Source: an uncultured virus (IMG/VR IMGVR_UViG_2687453124_000003)
Taxonomy: Duplodnaviria; Heunggongvirae; Uroviricota; Caudoviricetes
Reading direction: 5' to 3' (one strand)
IMG/VR virus record: IMGVR_UViG_2687453124_000003
DNA length: 64,000 nucleotides
A program made the position numbers and the translations under genes. This document shows, piece by piece, positions 1-9,763 of the stretch. The notes under the pieces are model-generated. The model was not told the origin of the DNA. It saw only the letters and a list, made by a program, of their open reading frames with translations, and did no database searches. The stretch's first letter is position 1. Every line of letters starts with the position of its first letter.

Positions 1-109
1 TCAACGCGGGATAGTTCCATCCCCACTGCTGGCTCTGACCTGGTTCCCGACAAACAGCGGAACCTCCTGGCGAATATGGTTTATCGCGACCTCGATAAGC
101 GCCTGCATG

Positions 110-682
110 TCATGTCCCTCTCCGCTGCATCGACGTCCAGTAGCTCGCCGGAACCATCTTGGCTGAGGCCACTGCCCTCAACAGAACAGTGCGGTGTTTG
201 GCGGGATCGAAGTCGGACTCGCCGATCACGACGTCGTTAGGCCCCAGAGCCTGAGTACCAGCGATGCGTACCCGGATCACGCGCAGGCCACGTCGCGCAT
301 AGAACCGGTTGCGCATGATGTCCTCTGCGACTTTCTCCGGCGCTCCGTGCCAGTGCGCCGGATCGACTTCCACCACCGCGAACGGCTTGCGCAGCAAGAT
401 GTCCGGCGTGAAAAAGCGGTTCTTGCCGGCGCTGTCACGTCCCATACACATCAGCGTCCCCTGCGGATAGGTGCGATACCCGGCATTTTCGAGCACCTTG
501 CGCACACGCATCTCGGTCTTGGATGTCGCCGTGGAGCCGCCAAGCGAAAGGTCACCCGGGCGCGCGTTGACGCGGTCCATCTTCGGCAGAACCGGCGGCG
601 TTTTGCGCTGGTGCCACCACATCATCGTCCACACCGCCAGCAGGGCCATCGGCACCACCGGGTGCAGCAGAAACTCCTTCAT
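110..682 (-). CDS. Membrane-anchored DUF559/Vsr-like (PD-D/ExK) endonuclease-domain protein
   Basis: N-terminal hydrophobic helix, then S-x-TE, FTPDI, VVEVDPAHWH, DIMRN, GLRVIRV motifs typical of very-short-patch-repair-like nucleases; start set at MKEFLL. Confidence 0.6.
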   Translation of the reverse strand: MKEFLLHPVVPMALLAVWTMMWWHQRKTPPVLPKMDRVNARPGDLSLGGSTATSKTEMRVRKVLENAGYRTYPQGTLMCMGRDSAGKNRFFTPDILLRKPFAVVEVDPAHWHGAPEKVAEDIMRNRFYARRGLRVIRVRIAGTQALGPNDVVIGESDFDPAKHRTVLLRAVASAKMVPASYWTSMQRRGT

Positions 683-787
683 GAACGAGACCGTAGGAAG
701 ACCCAGCACACACGGGCCGACCGCGGCGCGCACACGCCTTGTGGTCGCGCGGCCTAACTGAGCATCGAGCTGTCTCGACTACAGAGC

Positions 788-1015
788 GTGGCGAGCTTGT
801 TCGGCACATATCACCAGGGAGGAGCCGTCTCAATGCACCGGCGAGAAGTCCGAATTCACTCCACCAGTCAGTACGAACGCCACTGCCGCGCACTCGGATA
901 CAAACCAGCCGAGATCACCTTGCTCGTGATCGGATTCCACACCGGATGGGAACAGGGGTTTGCGACAAGTCAGAGTGAATTGCCGACATCGCAACTAGGC
1001 ACCGCAGACCACTAG
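788..1015 (+). CDS. Hypothetical protein
   Basis: 75-aa ORF in a gap between genes; no motif recognised. Confidence 0.3.
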   Translation: MASLFGTYHQGGAVSMHRREVRIHSTSQYERHCRALGYKPAEITLLVIGFHTGWEQGFATSQSELPTSQLGTADH

Positions 1016-1239
1016 CGCGCGGTTCACCAGTACTCCCCTCGTGCGTCCTCCCGATCCCCGCACATCCCCAAATCCGCATCGGGGTGCATAGCCGCACGGT
1101 CCATCTCGGACATCGAAGCTCGAGCTGCTCGCGCCTCTTCGCGTTCAGCGGTATACGGGTCGTCCACGTTGTTCTCCTGTTGTTCGGTCGAATTGCGGTC
1201 GTTGAGCCGCAGCGTCTCGGCGTTTGAGGCGATTTCGGG

Positions 1240-1476
1240 TTATCCCCCACCTCCGGCCTCATAGGCGAGGCCGAGAGCCTTAAGCGCGGTGAGCGCTTGA
1301 CCTTCGTCTTTCACTACGAAGTCCTCAAGATGTTCAGCGATACCGTGCGGCCGAACACGCCACCCTTCCGATCCGCCTACGACGGTTTCACCCTTGGCAT
1401 ACGCGAGGCAGTCGGTGCCGGAACCCGCAACATAGAGGCGATACTCGTTGTCCGCCTGGGTGATGAGGTGACTCAC
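1240..1476 (-). CDS. Hypothetical protein
   Basis: 78-aa ORF with 4-bp overlap to the upstream ORF. Confidence 0.55.
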   Translation of the reverse strand: MSHLITQADNEYRLYVAGSGTDCLAYAKGETVVGGSEGWRVRPHGIAEHLEDFVVKDEGQALTALKALGLAYEAGGGG

Positions 1477-1670
1477 GCCGCACCGGCCTGTTCAGTGCGG
1501 AGCTGACGCTGAAGGCGCATCAGCGACCTGGTCGTGTCATACACAGACTCTGGGTAGCCGCGCTCGTCCACCAACTTGCCCGCGATGGAAACGACTTCTC
1601 GCGGTGTCGAGGTCGCGGTGAAGCCAAGTTCGACAGCGTTCTCACAAAGTTCCATTACCCCGCCTTTCAA
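1473..1670 (-). CDS. Hypothetical protein
   Basis: 65-aa ORF directly downstream of the 19-bp palindrome; true start may be the internal Met (MELCEN). Confidence 0.55.
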   Translation of the reverse strand: MKGGVMELCENAVELGFTATSTPREVVSIAGKLVDERGYPESVYDTTRSLMRLQRQLRTEQAGAA

Positions 1671-1689
1671 TTTCTCTATTTTAGAGAAT
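1671..1689. promoter_or_regulatory. 19-bp palindromic operator, copy 1 (TTTCTCTATTTTAGAGAAT)
   Basis: TTCTCTA-TTT-TAGAGAA inverted repeat; same motif at seven other intergenic sites. Confidence 0.8.
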
Positions 1690-1967
1690 AGATGATTGGG
1701 GCGACAAGCCGTCCAGGGGCTCGCGACACGCCGAGAGTCGTCAGTTCATCCGATTAGGTCCGATCGCAATTTGGAAGTACCTTCCCAACGGGGCCAGAAC
1801 TGCTCCCGCGCCTGGACTCTCGACCAGCTCCGCTCCCCGGCGGCGGCTGACGAGAATCCGCAAAGGCCGAAGAACCTCGTGAAGGTCGCGTTCTGCGTTG
1901 CTCTCCCCTTTTCGTGGCGGGCGCGGGCCGGGGACGCACCGCTCGACGGAAAGGGAGGTCTCCTCTC

Positions 1968-3323
1968 ATGGCATCTGCCACCAATCGCACCGAAATGCTG
2001 GCCAAGGCGCTCATGCGTGCTCGGCTGGATTTCACGCTGCACAACGCCCGTGTTTTCGCTCGTGCCGTTATCGATGCTCCGGAAAGCGTGTTCGGTGCCA
2101 AGCCGTTGCGGTTCCTGCCGAACGACACCGACGGTGATGGCCCCGTCCGGCTCGTACTGGACGAGTTCGCGCAAGCCGCGATCCCGCATCGGGATGTCTT
2201 CGGTGCTGAAGTTCTGGGCACGGTACCTCAACCTGCGCCGCGGCCGCTGCCAGATCCTTTGGGAGATTGGGCCACCGGGCAACGCGAGTTCAATCGCCAC
2301 TGCATACCGGTCCCCGCCGGCGCAGCATTCTTTCGGAACGTTGAAGACGTGCCTGGGTCACTCGCCCCTGTTTCTCCAGCCGAGGCGAAGCCGGGCGACA
2401 TCGTCACGGTCCTGGGCGGTGGCCACGGACTCTATGTCGGCAACGGCCAGATGCAGGTGCCCTCCACTGCACCAACGAAGTCAACCGCGGCCGAATACGA
2501 CCCGTCGAAGCCCAACCATTTCTTCGTTGACGCGCTCGGCGACCCGGACACCTGCCGCGGGAATCACAACCACCCCGAGCAGACTAACGAAACCCACATC
2601 AGCATCGCGGTCCAGTTGGAACGCGAGATGAAACTTCTCTCGCCACCTTCACCGCATCCGTTACCCACCGCCACCCCTAGTGCGCGCGAGCGCGCGGCGT
2701 TTCCACTCGGGGTGGGTGCTACCGGTGAGCCAGTCACCTACAGCCCCGCCGCGGATGGCCACTTGCTGGTATTCGGCGGCGCAGGCCGCGGTAAATCGAT
2801 GTTGGTTCGAGGGTTGGTCCGGGACGCGCTAGCCACTAACTGGTGGGGTGCCAGACACCTTAATTCGCGGAAAGATCCGGACGCGGTTCTCGACCAAATC
2901 AGGGGAATTCACGCAGAGATAGAGATACGCCGTGCCAGTCCGAAGCTCCACAAGCCCGAGCTTTTGGCGCTTGACGACGCACTGTGGGCTTACTTCGATG
3001 CGGCACAACGCGAGGAGCTACACACCCTAGTCACAGAACTGCTGTCCACTGGCCGCGAACTGGGTCTCCACCTGGTGCTGATCACCCTGACACTGGACAA
3101 CGAGGAGAGATTCCCGTCTCGGTGGCTCGACTTGTGCTCGACGGTGCTGCTGACCTCCAAGCCAACCCACGACGACGCGGTAACGGTCATGGGCGATGAT
3201 GCGGCTCAGCTTCCGCCATCGGGATGGGACGGTTCTGGAAAGATGCTGCTGGTTCGCCGCTTGACCGGTGTATCGAGACCGCTACGCGCGTACACGCAAG
3301 CCGACAAGTACGAGGGGTACTGA
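1968..3323 (+). CDS. FtsK/SpoIIIE-like P-loop ATPase with an NlpC/P60-like fragment
   Basis: FPLGVG...GHLLVFGGAGRGKS Walker A, LLALDD Walker B, GRELGLHLVL; internal AKPGDIV...HGLYVGNGQM; GGGAGG RBS before ATG 1968. Confidence 0.65.
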   Translation: MASATNRTEMLAKALMRARLDFTLHNARVFARAVIDAPESVFGAKPLRFLPNDTDGDGPVRLVLDEFAQAAIPHRDVFGAEVLGTVPQPAPRPLPDPLGDWATGQREFNRHCIPVPAGAAFFRNVEDVPGSLAPVSPAEAKPGDIVTVLGGGHGLYVGNGQMQVPSTAPTKSTAAEYDPSKPNHFFVDALGDPDTCRGNHNHPEQTNETHISIAVQLEREMKLLSPPSPHPLPTATPSARERAAFPLGVGATGEPVTYSPAADGHLLVFGGAGRGKSMLVRGLVRDALATNWWGARHLNSRKDPDAVLDQIRGIHAEIEIRRASPKLHKPELLALDDALWAYFDAAQREELHTLVTELLSTGRELGLHLVLITLTLDNEERFPSRWLDLCSTVLLTSKPTHDDAVTVMGDDAAQLPPSGWDGSGKMLLVRRLTGVSRPLRAYTQADKYEGY

Positions 3324-3351
3324 CCCTGAGGGGCGACGTCATGTCCCCGGG

Positions 3352-4149
3352 CTAGAGCTCCTTGACGATCCTGATCTCGCCGGGAAGTGGTTCGGAGTCG
3401 ACCAGCCGTGTGTCCAGCATGATCGCGACAGTGGCGTTCTGTCGGCGCAGAGCTTCAGCCCTGTGCTGTCCGTTGCCAAAGCGTGGCGGCTCATCCGGCT
3501 CAACAATGAGTCGGATGGGCTTGCGCCAAAACGACTGTGCGGCTTTCGCGAGGTCGCGCGGAACATGTGCTGGAAGGTCGGGCGGGAACTTCGATCCGGA
3601 CGACAGACACTCCGCAGCCAGGGACACTGCGGCCGCCCAGTCAACGGCCATGAACTTGTTCATATCGCGGAACAGATCGCCCTCCGGGAGTTCACACACT
3701 GCGACCTTCCGAAGAACCTCCAAGTGCGTGACTGGCGGATCTTGCAACGGAACGAAGCCAATCCCTTCATCCCATTCGGCTCCGAGCTGATTCAGCACAA
3801 TGAGGTCGTGCTGGGAAATGTCGGTGAGACCCAGATACCTTCCGTCAGTGTCGAACTCAGTGATGATTACTTCCCGCTCCGCATCGAACGCCGCCTTCGA
3901 ACCCAACAGGTTGAAGATCACGACGGGTGGATGATGTGCATCTGAGAAGAACTCTCGCCATGCGGCCGAGCGATACTCCGCGGCGGCGACGTCGGGGCTC
4001 GCGTCGACGTCCCCATCGCGGAGCGTGATCAACGCGATGTCGCGCCCTTCCCGATCGCGGAAAGTCTGAATACGCGCAGTGCCGCTGCCGTATTGATGGC
4101 TAGTCACCCACATGTGTACGTCGGCGCGTCGACCCGGTGCGATGTCCAT
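3352..4149 (-). CDS. Hypothetical protein with C-terminal ParB/Srx-like motif
   Basis: 265-aa ORF; PIRL...GNGQHRAEAL resembles the ParB-N DGxHR motif. Confidence 0.5.
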   Translation of the reverse strand: MDIAPGRRADVHMWVTSHQYGSGTARIQTFRDREGRDIALITLRDGDVDASPDVAAAEYRSAAWREFFSDAHHPPVVIFNLLGSKAAFDAEREVIITEFDTDGRYLGLTDISQHDLIVLNQLGAEWDEGIGFVPLQDPPVTHLEVLRKVAVCELPEGDLFRDMNKFMAVDWAAAVSLAAECLSSGSKFPPDLPAHVPRDLAKAAQSFWRKPIRLIVEPDEPPRFGNGQHRAEALRRQNATVAIMLDTRLVDSEPLPGEIRIVKEL

Positions 4150-4226
4150 GAATCAAGCTCAACACGGAACCGTGCCGGATTGTGCGTCATCGACCGCCGG
4201 CGTGGCGGATCGACGCAGAAGTCCGA

Positions 4227-4796
4227 CTAGCCCGAGCCAGAACCAAACAACCGGCGCAATCGCTGCTGCCATGACCTGCGGCGCTCTTCTGTTCTCGCCG
4301 CATCCATCGTCAGGCCCTGCCGCGGAGGTAGGCGAAAGCGCGAAGCATGATCATCGCCCACAGCCAGGAGTTGATCCATGGGAGAGTCGTACCTACTGAT
4401 GATCACCATCGGATCCGCGCCGGCGCGGCTAGCCATCTCCTCGGCCATTCGGTGCACGTAATCAATGAATTGGCGCATAGCCGACTCAGGATCGTCCACG
4501 GGTGGGCCCGCCGCAAAGGTGCTCGGAATGACCTGCATCGGGCCGTGACTCGCGCGCAACTCGTAGTGCTCGTCGATGTAAATCTCTCCGGCGGGTTCCT
4601 CCGATGGTTCGCGTTCCCCTACCGCGTGGCTTCCAGGGCAGCCGCCGCGGGGCAGGCCATGCCAGGGCGCACCACACCGGCATGCCGGTACACGCCCCGG
4701 CCTAGTCTCGCCGGCGGCTAGCTGACTGTCGATCAAATCGTCAGCTTCCAGCGCGTTGATCTCGGCGATCACAGCGTCTTCAGGATTTCCTTTCAA
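4227..4796 (-). CDS. Hypothetical protein
   Basis: 189-aa ORF with 4-bp overlap to the upstream gene; CxC..WHG..C cluster. Confidence 0.5.
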   Translation of the reverse strand: MKGNPEDAVIAEINALEADDLIDSQLAAGETRPGRVPACRCGAPWHGLPRGGCPGSHAVGEREPSEEPAGEIYIDEHYELRASHGPMQVIPSTFAAGPPVDDPESAMRQFIDYVHRMAEEMASRAGADPMVIISRYDSPMDQLLAVGDDHASRFRLPPRQGLTMDAARTEERRRSWQQRLRRLFGSGSG

Positions 4797-5506
4797 CGGC
4801 TCGCATCTCCCGCGTCGGCGCGCTCAATCACCGTGATCTTCGGCCGCTGCAATACGGTCTGTAGCTGGCCTCGGTACATGCCGGTTCCGCACACTGTTCC
4901 GGTGATCTTCACACGATCGCCGCGACCTACGTCGTACAGGCAGCTGGCAGTTCCCTTGCACATGAGTACCTGACCGGTCTCCAGCGTGAACACAACGATC
5001 TTCACGTACTCGGTATGGCCGGTGTAACCGGTGCGTTCGAAGCCAGCCGAGACGGTCACCGAGGCCTCCAGATCGCGCAGACGCTCCCCTTCTGTTCCAG
5101 CCGGAGTGTTGTTCAGGACGGCGCGACGCTCCTGCTCGGCATGCGCTGCTTCCCACGCCCAGTCGAATTCGGCGGCGCGTCTCGCGGTTTCAGCCGCCTG
5201 TGCAGCCGCCGCTGCTTCGTCGGCCAGCTGCTGTCCGTGCTCACGGAACAGCGCCTCCAGGCGTGCATCGCGACGGAACATCGACACAGCACGACTGCGC
5301 GACACGCGTCCGGCTCCGTCGCAGCCGAAGCAGGTTCCACCCGCCTGGCCGGTGCTGGTCCACCAGGTGAAGATTCCGCTACCGCCGCACCGGCCACATG
5401 TCTCGGTCCAGCAGATGCGATCTGTCGCCGCCTTGCCCGGGTAGGGGTCGACATAGGTTTCCACCGTGAATCGGCGCCCCTGGTGAGTGACGACAGCAGT
5501 ACTCAT
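4793..5506 (-). CDS. Zn-finger (CxxCxGxG) plus OB-fold-like protein, actinophage-like
   Basis: CGRCGGSG and CFGCDGAG repeats; C-terminal GDRVKITGTV..QTVLQRPK; start MSTAVV just downstream of operator copy 2. Confidence 0.6.
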   Translation of the reverse strand: MSTAVVTHQGRRFTVETYVDPYPGKAATDRICWTETCGRCGGSGIFTWWTSTGQAGGTCFGCDGAGRVSRSRAVSMFRRDARLEALFREHGQQLADEAAAAAQAAETARRAAEFDWAWEAAHAEQERRAVLNNTPAGTEGERLRDLEASVTVSAGFERTGYTGHTEYVKIVVFTLETGQVLMCKGTASCLYDVGRGDRVKITGTVCGTGMYRGQLQTVLQRPKITVIERADAGDASR

Positions 5507-5518
5507 ACGCCTCACTCT

Positions 5519-5537
5519 ATTCTCTATTTTAGAGAAT
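5519..5537. promoter_or_regulatory. 19-bp palindromic operator, copy 2 (ATTCTCTATTTTAGAGAAT)
   Basis: Perfect consensus 12 bp upstream of a minus-strand start; reads TAAAAT (-10-like) on the minus strand. Confidence 0.85.
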
Positions 5538-5618
5538 TTCAACGGAGAAGGACGTGCCCCCGTGTCATCACCTATCGAGATGAGCACCACGCGCACCCGT
5601 TGGGCGTACACATCGGAG

Positions 5619-5861
5619 CTATCCGATGACCTGCTGCGTCGACTTGGCCGCCAAAAGCGACAGCTGCGCGATCTGAGCAAGAAGTGCGTCAGAGGCTCCT
5701 CGGCTGAGCTTGGTCGGATTGAGGTGCAGACTCAGTCCCACCGAACCGGCTTGTCCGAAATCGAATCGCAAGCGGCCTTCTGCCGGTCCAGAAGCGGCCA
5801 TCACCTCCAGCGCTGTCGCCAACGGCTGCGAATCCCACCGCGCGGGCAGCCGATCGGTCAC
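5619..5861 (-). CDS. Hypothetical protein
   Basis: 80-aa ORF in a chain of 4-bp overlaps. Confidence 0.5.
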   Translation of the reverse strand: MTDRLPARWDSQPLATALEVMAASGPAEGRLRFDFGQAGSVGLSLHLNPTKLSRGASDALLAQIAQLSLLAAKSTQQVIG

Positions 5862-6709
5862 TGCACTACTCCTTCAGCCCGCCAGTCCTTCTCGGCCTTC
5901 TGGGCTGCAGTGTCGGCTTCGATCGCGTCGAAGGCCGTAAGTAGCCCGAGATGTGACGGCTTATGAAAAGTCTCCGGATCGAGCATGAGCCACCAGCTCG
6001 CGTCGGGCCGGCGCTCCTCCAAAAGTGCGCTGATGGAGCGGTCCCACCGCTCTGCACCTGAAAGGGCGTCGAAGGCTTCTTCGGCGGCCCAACGCTCCTG
6101 GTCGGTTTGGCCGTCGGCGTAGAAGCCGGCCGCAGCGCCTTGCAACCAGGAAACGGACACGCCTTGACTGGTAGTGATGATCGCGGGGCTGCGACTGTCC
6201 GACCGGAGCAGTTCGGCGGCGCTCCCCCACCCGGGTTTGTCGCGCAGGATGTGTGCCTGCAGTCCGGCGTCAATGATTCCCGCGAGCCAGGATCGGTCCG
6301 GTCCCGTGACCAGCACCCCCTCCTCTGAGTAGGCGTGAATTCGGGTCAGAAGTGCGATCGGGTCGCTGCCTGCAACCACCGCGGTGTTGATGACGAACCC
6401 ATCGGGACGCTCGGTCTTATCTCCGATACGAATGTCTGCCGAACCGTCCTCGTACATCATCCCGGACATCGGCGCCCAGTAGGTGAAGGTATCGGTTAAT
6501 GAGGCTGCGCGACCGTGCATTTGGGCGTTGAACTCTGCTTGCCGAAAGAAGATGTCCGGCAAGATACGACGATTGCTCTCTTGCGTGTGCTGGCCGTCCA
6601 GTTCCAGAACCGCCGCCGTGAGTCGCGCAGCCAGCGCAGCGCCATATGGTCGTTCGGCGCCTCGGACGGACGCGCTGCCGTCCCGGGTTGTGAAGTCGAT
6701 ACCGCTCAT
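5858..6709 (-). CDS. Hypothetical protein
   Basis: 283-aa ORF with AGGAG RBS and overlaps on both sides. Confidence 0.65.
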   Translation of the reverse strand: MSGIDFTTRDGSASVRGAERPYGAALAARLTAAVLELDGQHTQESNRRILPDIFFRQAEFNAQMHGRAASLTDTFTYWAPMSGMMYEDGSADIRIGDKTERPDGFVINTAVVAGSDPIALLTRIHAYSEEGVLVTGPDRSWLAGIIDAGLQAHILRDKPGWGSAAELLRSDSRSPAIITTSQGVSVSWLQGAAAGFYADGQTDQERWAAEEAFDALSGAERWDRSISALLEERRPDASWWLMLDPETFHKPSHLGLLTAFDAIEADTAAQKAEKDWRAEGVVQ

Positions 6710-6999
6710 AATGAATCTCCTTGCGCTACTGGGTGATCGGTGTTAAGTGCCCAGGGCTCTGCTGGGTTATGGCAATCGGTCGGTTCCGGTGTGATGTCAA
6801 AGCGGCAGCACTGAGTGCATTCGGTTGTCCTGCACAGCTCTTCATGTGGGCACGCACACCCGACATCGGGATCACAGGCATGTTCTCGCGCAGCGGGCTC
6901 TGCTTCCGGTCTACCCCCGCTGCCCTTGGCGCCGCAGTCGCGGCAGTACCACCCCGCGACACCCACCCAGATGTCCGCGTTCCACCCGATGTCAGCCAT
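6706..6999 (-). CDS. Small Cys-rich hypothetical protein
   Basis: CRDC, CAC, CTQCC motifs; overlaps the next gene. Confidence 0.5.
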   Translation of the reverse strand: MADIGWNADIWVGVAGWYCRDCGAKGSGGRPEAEPAAREHACDPDVGCACPHEELCRTTECTQCCRFDITPEPTDCHNPAEPWALNTDHPVAQGDSL

Positions 7000-7023
7000 G
7001 TGTGCACCATTCGTTCGGACATC

Positions 7024-7443
7024 TCAGCGGCCGTCACCGGGGTATCGGCAGACACGGAATCCGTCGCTGTCGTAGCGCCAGTCCCCGTCAATGAGGATGG
7101 TCTTCCCATCAGCGACAGTCCGAAGCACTCGCGTACATGGGACCGAATCGTCGCCGAATCCGCGGACCGGCCGCGTAACTTCGACGGACCACCAATCAGT
7201 CCCCTGCCGCACGCGCGTTCCGGACTCACGCGACATGAAATCGTTTAGCTGCTCAGCTGATTTGAACTCGGACCACTCAATCGGTTGCGGTGGATCGCCT
7301 TCGATGAAGTGCCGCAGGCCCGGCGCAATTGCGAACCCAAAAAAGAGCGCCGCCGCTGTGATCAGCGCCCACGTTGTGATCCCCCGCGTCAGTTTGGCAG
7401 TCACAATGCGGACCAACATCGGACGCTTCTGTTCATCATTCAC
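7024..7443 (-). CDS. Single-pass membrane hypothetical protein
   Basis: Hydrophobic segment WALITAAALFFGFAIA; AAGGAG RBS. Confidence 0.55.
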   Translation of the reverse strand: MNDEQKRPMLVRIVTAKLTRGITTWALITAAALFFGFAIAPGLRHFIEGDPPQPIEWSEFKSAEQLNDFMSRESGTRVRQGTDWWSVEVTRPVRGFGDDSVPCTRVLRTVADGKTILIDGDWRYDSDGFRVCRYPGDGR

Positions 7444-8164
7444 GTTCGGTTCTCCTTTCTCGGAGTTCTACTTTGAGCGCCGCAGTAAGGCCGGCCCACG
7501 TAACCGGGTCAAGACCGGAGACCAGCTCGCTGAAGGCCTCGACCCATCCAGCGCCGTGAATCTTGTGGAGCTCATATGCCGCGTCTCTGAGCCGGTCCAG
7601 GTCCACCGGTTCAACGTGCTCAGCCTCCGGGAACATCTCGGCTGGATTGAACGTCCGGTCAGAGACGAAGCTCATGAACACGATGCCGTGTAGGCACATG
7701 TTTCGGCCGATCAGTTCGCGGCGTAACGCTACGGCGAGTTGGTCGCGCGCCGGAGACGACAGGGGGGCAATCGCACGTAGCGATTGATTGAACCAGTGGG
7801 CTCCGATGTATCCAGAGCCTCCCGGGTGCGGCCCGTCGTCCCGGCGGCCCGTCAACTCTGAAATGATCCGCGCCAGAAGCGGGGTCGTACGGCAGATTCG
7901 TCCGCCGATCCACCACCACGGGTGATCCAATCGCAGGCGCCACACATGGAAGGTGTCGTCGTTGGAGACCAGCAGAGCAAGATCGCCCATCTTCTCGCGC
8001 CCGCCTGCCAATGCAACGGTGACCGGATCAGTTGAGCGCATGTGGTGGTTGTGTTTGAACCCCGGATTGGTTTCAGCGAGTGCGCCATACAGATCCAGCA
8101 GCAGTACGGCCCGCCTGTGCGCCTCCGCGCTTGGAATTACGCCGGAAGCTGTCATACGTGTCAC
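7436..8164 (-). CDS. Hypothetical protein
   Basis: 242-aa ORF within the minus-strand operon. Confidence 0.55.
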   Translation of the reverse strand: MTRMTASGVIPSAEAHRRAVLLLDLYGALAETNPGFKHNHHMRSTDPVTVALAGGREKMGDLALLVSNDDTFHVWRLRLDHPWWWIGGRICRTTPLLARIISELTGRRDDGPHPGGSGYIGAHWFNQSLRAIAPLSSPARDQLAVALRRELIGRNMCLHGIVFMSFVSDRTFNPAEMFPEAEHVEPVDLDRLRDAAYELHKIHGAGWVEAFSELVSGLDPVTWAGLTAALKVELRERRTERE

Positions 8165-8493
8165 TGATCGCCCTCTGGCACCGATCCGAGGTTCGACATG
8201 AGTTGACCGAGTCGGACTAGATCGCGGTCTTTCTGAGTGGGTAGTGCCGCTATGGCGCGAATGTGCTCGGATTTCAGTTCTTCGCGACTTCTGCGAAGGT
8301 GCTGAACACTCAGCTTGATCGGATCTGTTTCCGGTGGAAGGCGCTGATCCTCAGGGATGTCTTTCTCAGATTTGTAGATCTGCGGACACATCGTCGCGGC
8401 TTTGAGGCACCCGCGCGCAGCCTCGATCTGCTCATCGGACCACTGATCAGTAGGGGCGGTTGTGTCGGCATTCACGACTACCGACCGCGTCAC
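8161..8493 (-). CDS. Hypothetical protein
   Basis: Distal part of ORF 8161..8583; GTG start overlaps the SPFH gene stop. Confidence 0.4.
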   Translation of the reverse strand: MTRSVVVNADTTAPTDQWSDEQIEAARGCLKAATMCPQIYKSEKDIPEDQRLPPETDPIKLSVQHLRRSREELKSEHIRAIAALPTQKDRDLVRLGQLMSNLGSVPEGDQ

Positions 8494-9425
8494 TTCTGCC
8501 CGGGAATCGCGACGACCGCGCCCGCGCTGCCTGGCCAGCAGCCGGCAGGGCTGCCGCCCTTCTCGCGCACCAGATCCAGGCACTTGCTCACCAAGACGTT
8601 CGGGTCGTGACTCACCGACTGGGACAGGATGCGGTTCGCTTCAGCCTCTGCCTCTGCGGTCTTCTGCCGCTGCAGCGCGATCTTGGTGTTGGCGATTTCG
8701 GTCTGTAGGTTGTTGATCGACTGCTGGGTGCGGTCATCGAAGTGAATGACTGGGATGTTGACGCCGATCACCTCGATGCGGTTGCCTACCTTGGCCTTGA
8801 GCTTGTCAAGCACCATGGTGGCCAGCTTGCCGTTGATAGCTCCGTCGCCCTCGCCGACTTGAGTCAGTGGGTTGTACCCGGCGAGTACATCGTTGATCGC
8901 GGCAGTGAACTCACGGGTCACGAGGTTGTCGCGAATCGCGTCGAAGCCCCGGTAATCCTGGAACAGGCTGGGCGCTGCCTCGGGCTTCAGACGCCACACC
9001 ACGGTCGAGTCGACGCGTGCGGTCGAGTTGTTGCCCAATCGCGCGTCAATGGCGGTCTTCTTATCGCCTTCGTCGATGTGGTTGTCCGTCTGGATCGCGC
9101 CATCCAGTTCAGTGACTTCCTGCCAGGGCGCGGTGAGATGCAGTCCGTTGTCGAGGAACTGACTCGGCCGGCCGAAGGTCGTGACCACACCGATGTTCTT
9201 GGTGCTTACCAGCGTGATGCTCGACAAGACCAGACTCAGGACCGCCACAAAACCGACGACGGCGCTCACGCACCACGCCCAGAAGCTCGTGTCCGCTTTC
9301 TTCTCGTACACGCTCTGGGCTCCCCTCCGTTCTGCGAGCCTGGCCTGCCGGCCCGACCTGACAGCTACAGCGAAAGCGCCGATTGCGATCAGAAACAGAA
9401 TGGCGATGATGATCGTGGTCCCCAC
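8490..9425 (-). CDS. SPFH/Band 7 (prohibitin-like) membrane protein
   Basis: Two N-terminal TM segments, IGVVTTFG..GLHLTAPWQ, coiled coil AEAEAEANRIL. Confidence 0.85.
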   Translation of the reverse strand: MGTTIIIAILFLIAIGAFAVAVRSGRQARLAERRGAQSVYEKKADTSFWAWCVSAVVGFVAVLSLVLSSITLVSTKNIGVVTTFGRPSQFLDNGLHLTAPWQEVTELDGAIQTDNHIDEGDKKTAIDARLGNNSTARVDSTVVWRLKPEAAPSLFQDYRGFDAIRDNLVTREFTAAINDVLAGYNPLTQVGEGDGAINGKLATMVLDKLKAKVGNRIEVIGVNIPVIHFDDRTQQSINNLQTEIANTKIALQRQKTAEAEAEANRILSQSVSHDPNVLVSKCLDLVREKGGSPAGCWPGSAGAVVAIPGQK

Positions 9426-9481
9426 GAGAGAACTCCTTTTCGGTTTTAGCCGCGCACATCGCGACGTATCGACCCGATCGT

Positions 9482-9500
9482 ATTCTCTGTTTTAGAGAAG
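9482..9500. promoter_or_regulatory. 19-bp palindromic operator, copy 3 (ATTCTCTGTTTTAGAGAAG)
   Basis: Near-consensus copy between the divergent SPFH and double-ATPase genes. Confidence 0.75.
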
Positions 9501-9763
9501 TCAATTGGGATACGAATCGCTTTCCTTCGGCGTGCCGCGCACTCGTGTCGCATTCGTCAGCCCCGGATGTGTGCCCGTAGCTTGCCCGTCAATCGCCGCG
9601 CCACGTGGCGGGAGCCGTGACGGCCGGGCCGCGACCCCGGTCATTCCGGCGGTCAGCCCCCCATAGGAGCCGTGGCACCGAATGAACCCTGTCCTCTGCG
9701 GATGTGGCAGGTGGTCGCGGCGCCGGTAGCCCACGTCCGCGTGAAGCAGGAGGTACATCTCTC

